Shown piece after piece: positions 55,501-64,000 of a DNA stretch of 64,000 nucleotides. The DNA is from Histomonas meleagridis 2922-C6/04-290x (lineage: Eukaryota > Protista > Parabasalia), in NCBI GenBank assembly GCA_020184695.1, contig JAANOX010000062.1:62001-126000 (forward strand). The letters are read 5' to 3'. Position numbers and translations under genes: made by a program. The first letter of the stretch is position 1. Each line of letters begins with the position of its first letter. Below the pieces are notes generated by a model, which was not told the origin of the DNA, ran no database searches, and saw only the letters and a list, made by a program, of their open reading frames with translations.

Positions 55501-58500
55501 TGTTGATCGTGGAAGATTAATATATAATTGTGGTATAAAACAATTTACATTAATATCTATTCGTACGTCATCATAATGACCAATTTGTATAATGAATGAA
55601 CCATTAAATTTATTAGGTAAACCACATAAAACATTAACATTTAATATAAATGTTTCTTGTATTTGTATTATACCTTCCATAGGTTCTATAGTTAATTTTT
55701 GGAATTTGTTATTTTTCGGTATTTTAATTTTAAATGAAATTGATATATCACTTAAATTTTGTATTGTAACTTTTTGGTTTAAATTATCAATGAAATTCCT
55801 TGAGCCAAATTCGATATGTAATGGATCTATTTTATATTTAATAGAAGCAGATCCTCCATTTAAATGTATAACATATTCAGGTCCGCCTTTAACATGACAT
55901 ATTGCTGTAGCATTAAATTCCGCACTTTTACCATTTAAATCACTTAATGCAAAGAAACTAAAATGTATAACTTCATTTTGATTAGGTTCTAATGTCGTTC
56001 TAATTGGATAAATATTAAATATTTTGGTTATGTCATAATTTTTATGTGATGGTAATAATTCCCAATAAAAATCAGCTTTTAATTCACTAATGTTTTTGAT
56101 TTCAATTCCTTTTGTTTGTTCTGTGTTGATTAACATATTACCAAAGTTTATGTCACCTGAAGGATTAAATAATAAATTCGGAAATATTATAATTCCTTTT
56201 AAATTGAGAAAATATTTTTGACTATGATTCGGAAATGAAATTAATAATTTTTGATTTATTGTTTCTGAGATAAAATCTGTTTTAAATGATGGATCAAATT
56301 TGATTGTTAAAGATTTCTTTTCATTAGATTCAAATGAAAGATTCGTTTGTGATATTATAAATGGTAAATTACAATCGATTTTAATTGACATTGAAATCGG
56401 TGTTTTATTTGTAATAGAAATTGTTTTTTCGATTTGTTTTAATAATGATTTCGTTGGAGATATTGAATTTGAAGAATTTTCTTCTTCTAACTCAATGTTA
56501 TGTAAATGTTTAAATTCTATTTGTTGCTCTGAGAATATAAAATTCGGTTTAATGATTTTACCTTTAAATAATGGTTCGAATAATGTAATTCTTTTATTAT
56601 GATTTGTTGTATAACATTGAGATTTAATTGAGAAATTTGTTGGTAAATTACATTTAATGGAAAATGTAAATTCGACTGAACTTTGTGGCATTATAACTTG
56701 TTGTTCAGGGATAACATTAAATATTAAATTCGTATTAACGCCATCATCAATTTTAGGTTTGGATTGTATCCATCTTAAAATTTGTTTTTTATTTCCTTTG
56801 TTATTAAATGTGACTTTTTTGGTTACTAATGTTTCATTTAAAATATAACCAAAATCAATTTCTGTTAAATCAATCGATGATATTATTGGTGATCCAATTC
56901 CAATTGCAATAATTGGTATCGTTATTAATCGTAAATATTGAAATTGTAATAATAAATTTCCTTTAAATTTTGATGAATCATTTAGAAATGCTTCGATTTG
57001 AAATGTTATTGTTTCATTTTCTTTAATTGTTCCATTATTAATAGGTAATGAAAAACAATTATGTTTCGTTTGTTGGATTTCCGCTGTAAAATTTGCTGAT
57101 ATTTTAGAATTATTTGTAATAGTAATTTCAATTATTTGTTTCGTTAATACTTTAACTGTTCCAAAATTAATTTCATTTTGTGAAATTATGATTTCTGGTC
57201 CAATACAGATCCCTTTAATGAAAAATGGAAGAAATTCTTTTTCATTTCCAATGATTTTAATGTGTTGTGATATCAGAAATGTTCCAAGTTTTAAATTAAT
57301 AATTCGAATTTTAATGTTTGATATAGAATTTGCTTTTATAATACCATTCGGTGTTTCATTGATAATTTGACTTTGTGTTGTGATTTCATTTGGTGAAATA
57401 ATTTCATATTTAGCTGGAAATTCTGTATCATTAACAAGTTGAAATGTTGTTTCATACGGATAATTTATAAAAATATTCCCTAAATCAATAGTGGAATTTC
57501 TAATTGTAATATTCGGACAAATACAATTCGCCATAATTGGAATTTCAGTCAAATTTTTCCCATATTTAAAAATATCAAAACTTAACATTAAATTATATCT
57601 TTGAATCATATTTGGAATAAATTCAATTGTAACAATTTGTTTGGAATATTTGTTAATAAATCCTTTACTATTGTTAATTTTAAATTCGCGTTGTGAAAAC
57701 GTTTCGTTTTGTTTCAAATGAAATAAATAATCAAATGATATTTCAGATTTGTTCTCAACTTCAACTTCAAATGTATATAAAAAGCCATAACTAAATGTTC
57801 CAAAAATAATTTCTTTCGGTTGAATATTAAATGTTGGTCCAATAACTTTCCCAAAAAATGTAATTTTCGGTTCATTATCGATAACTCCTTTGATAAATAT
57901 TCGAAATATTTCATTAAATTGAACTACTGCATTAGCAATAAATTTGATTCGAATATCATTTGAATTACCTGGCGCAATGATACCACGCGATGGCGTGAAT
58001 TCAAAAATTAATCCATTGTTCAATGTTTGTGTTTCAATGTTAAAATCAACATCAATTTTCCCAACATTTTCAAGTTTAACTGTATATTCTAAAATACTAT
58101 CAAGGAAAACATGTCCAATATTAATAGATTGAAGATTAAGAATCGCTTCTGGTGGTAAACCATAACCAATTAACGGTAAAATAATCCTTCCTCCCGTTTC
58201 TTTAACATATAAATAAGAAATATCTTTATGTGGTCCTGCAATATTCGGTCGAAAATTAATGGTGATTTCAAGGATTCGTTTTGGCCAAACTTCAAAATTC
58301 GTTGTTTCGAAAAAAAATATTTCTGAATTGAATAAAAGAAGATGTGAATATGAATCTCTTTGATTTGCACTCAAAACATCTGTTTCTTCAATAATTTTAT
58401 TTTCTTCATTTTCGTTTGGAAATTTTCGCCATTCAAAATGAAGGATTTGTTTTGTGTCATTAATAATTTTCACTGTATATGATGTTGTGGTTGATACATA

Positions 58501-58548
58501 TGTTTTTGGAAAATATATTGATGTTGGTTCGATTCTGATTTCATTCAT
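49582..58548 (-). pseudogene. HYDIN: Hydin-like protein (ASH domains + adenylate-kinase-like insert), interrupted in one ~1 kb segment
   Basis: Tandem ASH/PapD-like units (IDFGYIL, IHFGSR, FDFGNV), P-loop GPPISGKST, and an intact C-terminal ORF 49582-52707. The segment 52700-53720 continues Hydin sequence across several frames. Likely ATG at 58548. Confidence 0.8.
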
Positions 58549-58566
58549 GAAATAACGTTTTTTAAT

Positions 58567-58576
58567 GAGGTGCCCC
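58567..58576. promoter_or_regulatory. GAGGTGCCCC candidate core-promoter element
   Basis: 9/10 match, 18 nt upstream of the Hydin ATG (58548, minus strand). Confidence 0.45.
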
Positions 58577-58726
58577 AATAAATAACAAATAAAAAATTTA
58601 ATATTAATATTTCAGTTCAAGACATTTCTCTTTAAGAAAAAGAGATACACAAATAACACAAAAATATCAAAGCACATTAAAAATTTGTATTTAAAAAATT
58701 ATTGCCATTTCATTTTTATTCATGAA

Positions 58727-60639
58727 TCAGATGGCAAATTTGTTATCTTCTTGAAAATCAGTTGCAAATGGATCTTCTTCAATATCCGCAATGTTCATTA
58801 CTGCGGAATATGTACTATCTTTTCCATTTTGCTCATCAGAACTTTTCGTAGTTTCATATGAAAAATTTTTATTTTTGTTCTTTATTTTAATGATAACAAT
58901 TATAAGTATCAAAATAATTATAATTATTACAACTGCAATACAAATAGATGTGATAATTGTTATATTATTTTTTTATTCGAATTTGATTCTGACGAATATA
59001 AAATGGTATAAAAATTGGAATAATAACGAATGTAAATTGAATATGTAATAACTTCATAATCATAATAAATAATTAATGTTGGAATGTAAATAATATCTGT
59101 ACCTTTGAATGAATATAAAAATGAATTCGTAATTGATGAAAATATTGTAACAGTTTGCGATAATAATATAGAAAATGTTAATGAAAATGTTTTTGTAATA
59201 TTTATATGATTAAAAAATGTATTTGATTGTGAAAATGAATTTGAACGAGTAAATGTATTCGAACTAGAAAATGTATTTGAGTTAGAGAATGAATTTGATT
59301 GTGAATATGTATTCGAATTCGAGAATGTATTTGATAATGTAAATGAATTTGAATCAGTAAATGTATTTGAGAATGTAAATGAATTTGATTGTGTGAAAAT
59401 ATTTGACATTGTAAATGTATTAGAGAATGAATTTGATTGTGAAAATGAATTTGATTCACTAAATGTATTTGATAATGTAAATGTTTGTGTAGGCCATGGA
59501 GGACATCCTATTTCTGTTGGATCATTTAAAATACTGAAATATTCACCAAATGTATCATCGTTATATTCATTTGTTGTGATAACATATGTAAAAGGATCAA
59601 ATGATTTCGCATAAACAATAGGACTTGAATCCCCATAATAATAAACACATGAAAGATGACAGCAATAAAATGCATAATTACAAATTTCATTGACATTTCC
59701 TTTAAATTCAATAAAATTTAAATTAGTACATACATAAAATGCAGAATCACCAATTTTGTGTACATTTCCTCCAAATACAATCGAAATTAAATTTGTACAA
59801 TAATAAAATGCAGAATCACCAATTTTGTGTACATTTCCTCCAAATACAATCGAAATTAAATTAGTACAATAATAAAATGCAGAATCACCAATTTCATTGA
59901 CATTTCCTTCAAATACAATCGAACTTAAATTAGTACAATAATAAAATGCAGAATCACCAATTTCATTGACATTTCCTTCAAATACAATCGAACTTAAATT
60001 AGTGCAATAAAAAAATGCATGATCACCAATTTCATTCACATTTTCTTTAAATAAAATATTATTTAAATTAGTGCAATGATAAAATGCATAATCACCAATT
60101 TCATATACATTTCCTTGAAATAAAATAAAATGTAAATTATTGCATAGTTGAAATGCGTCTTCAGCGATTGAACAATTTAAAGTATCAATCGTTAAATAAT
60201 ATAATGTTTCACAAAAAGAAAAAGCAGAATTTGGAATATAGTTAACAGTACCATGAATCAAAACTGAATATAAATCAAGAGTTTTATCAATATTGTTCAT
60301 TTGTTCTTCAGAGTTTACTATAAATGTAAATGGAGGTACCATAAACTCTTGGAATGTATGAACAAAAAATATTGCAAATATAAACAAATTGTTTTGGTTT
60401 TCTTTATAAAAAATCATTTTAACAAAAAAGATTGTTAATAAAATCATTAATATCAGGAAATTATTAAGATTAATAATATTATCTTTAAGATCATCAAGAA
60501 AAGTGTAATCATATGATTTTTGAAAAACAATATTCTGTTTGATGTAAAATGTTTCATCAGAAGAGTCAATAAATGATTGTGAACATGAAGAAACAATGAA
60601 ATAAGTTGAGAATAGATAAAATATAAGATGAAAATACAT
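58727..60639 (-). CDS. BspA-like surface protein, frameshifted just before the TM helix
   Basis: TpLRR units and an SNTF stalk. The main ORF stops at 58960; the TM and EEDPFATDF tail lie in another frame (58727-58960). Confidence 0.82.
59720..60035 (-). repeat. Near-perfect 69-bp (23-aa) LRR tandem units
   Basis: CTNLSSIVFEGNVNEIGDSAFYY x2 and CTNLISIVFGGNVHKIGDSAFY x2, nearly identical at DNA level. Confidence 0.9.
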
Positions 60640-60806
60640 GAATGAAACCAAAGTGAAGTTGATTTACTTCACTCGACGATAAAATTTTCAAATAAAATTA
60701 TATGAATTCGAACAATCTTTCATTTGAATTTTGATGAATTATTCAGAAATGTTTCGACTGTGAAGTTGTTACTTCCTTTGGGAAGTAAATCATTTGAATT
60801 AGTTTC

Positions 60807-61620
60807 GTTCAAAAATTAATTTCATGTTGTAAAATTATGATTTATGGTACAATACATATCCATTTAATAAATAATGGAAGAAATTATTTTTCATTTCCAA
60901 TGATTTTAATGTGTTGCGATATTAGAAATGTTCCAAGTTTTAAATTAATAATTCGAATTTTAATGTTTGATATAGAATTTGCTTTTATAATACCATTCGG
61001 TGTTTCATTGATAATTTGATTTTGTGTTGTGATTTCATTTGGTGAAATAATTTCATATTTAGCTGGAAATTCTGTATCATTAACATGTTGATTCGAATCC
61101 TAAAATTAAACCATTGTTCAATGTTCGTGTTTCAATGTTAAAGTCAACATCAATTTTCCCAACATTTTCAAGTTTAACTGTATATTCTAAAATACTATCA
61201 AGAAAAACATGTCCAATATTAATAGATTGAAGATTAAGAATCGCTTCTGGTGGTAAACCATAACCAATTAATGGTAAAATAATCCTTCCTCCCGTTTCTT
61301 TAATGTATAAATAAGAAATATCTTTATGTGGTCCTGCAATATTCGGTCGAAAATTAATGGTGGTTTCAAGGATTCGTTTTGGCCAAACTTCAAAATTCGT
61401 TGTTTCAAAAAAAAATATTTCTGAATTGAATAAAAGAAGATGTGAATATGAATCTCTTTGATTTGCACTTAAAACATCTGTTTCTTCAATAATTTTATTT
61501 TTCTTTGTTTAGTTGTAATTTTTACATTGATGATAAGCATATTAAGATGATGATTATGATTGGATTCTATTTCATAAAATAACGTTTTTTAAACGGGCTG
61601 CCCCAATTAAATATCAAATA
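60807..61620 (-). pseudogene. Duplicated, internally deleted Hydin 5' fragment
   Basis: 60807-61090 aligns to 57158-57440, 61100-61500 aligns to 58004-58408, and 61550-61620 aligns to the Hydin start region. Confidence 0.9.
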
Positions 61621-61743
61621 GAAAAATTTTTACAAAGAACAGAAACTCAGAAATATATTTACTGTTTTTATAGTGAACATATTTCATGTCCCTCATTTTG
61701 TTAATGCATAAAAAATTCCGCTTATCAATTTTTACTAAATTAT

Positions 61744-64000
61744 TTAGAGAACCAATTTGTTATCTTCTTTAAAGTCTATCGCAAATGGATCTTCTTCAAT
61801 TTTTGTTAAATTCATGACTGCTGCATATGTACCTGTGTTATCTTTTCCATTTTGCTCATCAGAACTTTTCGTAGTTTCATATGAAACATTTTTATTTTTG
61901 TTCTTTATTTTAATGATAACAATTATAAGTATCAAAATAATTATAATTATTACAACTGCAATACAAATAGATGTGATAATTGTTATATTATTTTTATTCG
62001 AATTTGATTCTGACGAATATAAAATGGTATAAAAATTGGAATAATAACGAATGTAAATTGAATATGTAATAACTTCATAATCATAATAAATAATTAATGT
62101 TGGAATGTAAATAATATCTGTACCTTTGAATGAATATAAAAATGAATTCGTAATTGATGAAAATATTGTAACAGTTTGCGTAAAAGTTAATGTCAATGTA
62201 ATTGAAACACTTAAATTAGTTAAAAGTGTGTTAGATTTAGAGAATGTGTTTGATTGTGAATATATATTCGATTGTGAATATGTGTTTGAATGTGAGAATG
62301 TATTTGATTGCGAAAATGATTGCGTTGGCCATGGATCACATCCTTCAATTGTTGTTTCTTTATTAACATCTAAATTTCCAAATTTAGTTTCATTATATTC
62401 ATCCGATGTCATGACAATAGGGATTGGAATTAAATGCATTTGATCCAACTGTAGGACTTGTTGTTCCATAATAATAAATACAGTGAAGAATACTACATTC
62501 AGAAAATGCACATTCACAAATTTCATTTACATTTTCTTTAATATAAATCGTACTTAAGTTAATACATTGATAAAATGCATATGAACAAATTTTTTGTTAT
62601 AGAATTTGGAATTTCAAATATTTTATATTCTTTCCCAATAGGAAAACAAAGAATTTCCGTTTTATTTTTTTATTATAAAGAATTCCTTTTTCATCATTAT
62701 AATAATTTATATTATACTTAGAAACGTTTATAAAGTGAAGTTTCGTACATCCTGCAAATATATTATTTTCACTTATTATTGTAACTGATTTCGGTATCGT
62801 AATGCTTGTTAATGAATAGCATGATTGAAATGAAAAACTTCCTATTTCCTTAACACCTTCTTCAATAATAACTGTAGCTAAATTAGAACATTGATAAAAT
62901 GCAGAAGCACCAATTGTTTCAATTGTCCCTGGAATTGTAATATATATTAATGAAGTACATTGATAAAATGCATATTTTTCAAGTATATTTATATCTTTTG
63001 ATATTGTAATTGTTTCACTTTCTTTTCCTTGTGGATAAATAATAATTTGCGTATGATTTTTATTATAAAGAATTCCATCATTTTCATAATTAGAATAATT
63101 CGTATTATTTTCTAATACTTTTATAAATTGAAGACTTGTGCATCCAGAAAATACATTTTCACCAATTAATGTAATTGAATTCGGAATTGTAATATTTATT
63201 AATGATGTACAGCCATAAAAATGCATTGGCGCCAATTTCTTTTAATACCTTCTTCAAGAGTTATATTTATTAATGACGTACATGCACGAAATACACTTTC
63301 ACCAATAGTTATAACTGAACATGGAATTATAATACTTTTTTTAATGAAGAACAGTCATAAAATACATTGTTTTTTTAATTTCTTCAACTCCTTCTGCAAT
63401 ACTTACATTTATTAATGATGAACATGATCGAAATACATTTTTCACTAATAGATGTAACTAATTTTGGAATTATAATACTTATTAATGATGAACAGCCATA
63501 AAATGATGAAGATTCAATTATTGTAACTAAATCAGGAATATTAATAGTCTTTAATGAAGTACATGATCGGAATAAATTATAACTAATCGTTGTAACTAAA
63601 TTTGGGATCGTTATATATTGTAATGATTCACATGATTGAAATGCTGATGTACCAATCGATTTAACGGAATTTGGAACTATAATTTTCATTAATTTAGGAC
63701 ATTGATTAAATGCATAATCACCAATTAATGTAGTTTCTGCTTGAATTGTTACATTTTGTAATAAAGGATATGATGAAAAATGTTCATTTGGAATAGTGGT
63801 AGTTCCACTGTAAATTATAATGTATTTTATTTCATCTTTATATTGATCAACTTCATCCATTTCATTTTTACTGCTTATTGTATATGTACTTGTTCCTGAA
63901 TCAAAAGTTTGAAATGCGTGTATGAAAAATATTGTAAATAAAAATAAAGTTTTTTTGTTTTTTATGTCGCTTTTTCGATAAATGTTTTCTTTATTAAAAT
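61744..64000 (-). pseudogene. BspA-like surface protein, fragmented, 5' end beyond the window
   Basis: Pieces 63384->64000, 62597-63235 and 61744-62526, with TpLRR units, stalk, TM and an EEDPFAIDF tail. Confidence 0.82.

Noticed and set aside
60652-60788. Two 8-bp-stem hairpins upstream of the BspA gene and near the duplication breakpoint
   Set aside because: Stems of this length are plausible by chance in AT-rich DNA, and there is no link to the breakpoint beyond proximity.
3332-63415. Numerous 60-240 aa ORFs antisense to or overlapping real genes (e.g. 54854-55576, 47890-48384, 28892-29341)
   Set aside because: They are shadow ORFs of coding strands with no recognisable motifs.

Overview
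AT-rich eukaryotic DNA, almost certainly from a parabasalid protist (Trichomonas/Tritrichomonas/Histomonas group). The evidence is an initiator-binding-domain gene, BspA-type LRR surface proteins and a DUF3447/ankyrin remnant; I found no recognisable spliceosomal introns, and TAA, TAG and TGA all end intact genes. Intact housekeeping genes (eRF1, PH-AGC kinase, NAD kinase, TRAPPC2L, DOA1/PLAA, LRRC34-like, centrin, DHHC enzyme) alternate with broken members of expanded families (BspA, ankyrin, ABC-B half-transporters, Hydin). The standout is a ~4.8 kb non-LTR retrotransposon (3 C2H2 fingers, RT, CCHC knuckle, restriction-like endonuclease, (TAAA)4 tail). It is inserted exactly in the T-loop/B-box of a tRNA-Met(CAT) gene, at TTC^GAGC. 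It is flanked by a 47-bp duplication of the tRNA 3' end plus terminator, so the host tRNA gene remains intact. Secondary signals: a recurrent GGGG-CA-CCCC element just upstream of start codons, fixed-phase AT-rich inserts in ankyrin repeats, chains of perfect palindromes in intergenic DNA, a head-to-head ABC-B pair, three consecutive intact pseudoenzymes, and a Hydin-5'/BspA tandem duplication with a near-identical stalk/TM cassette. All family calls come from motif recognition by eye; no searches were run.
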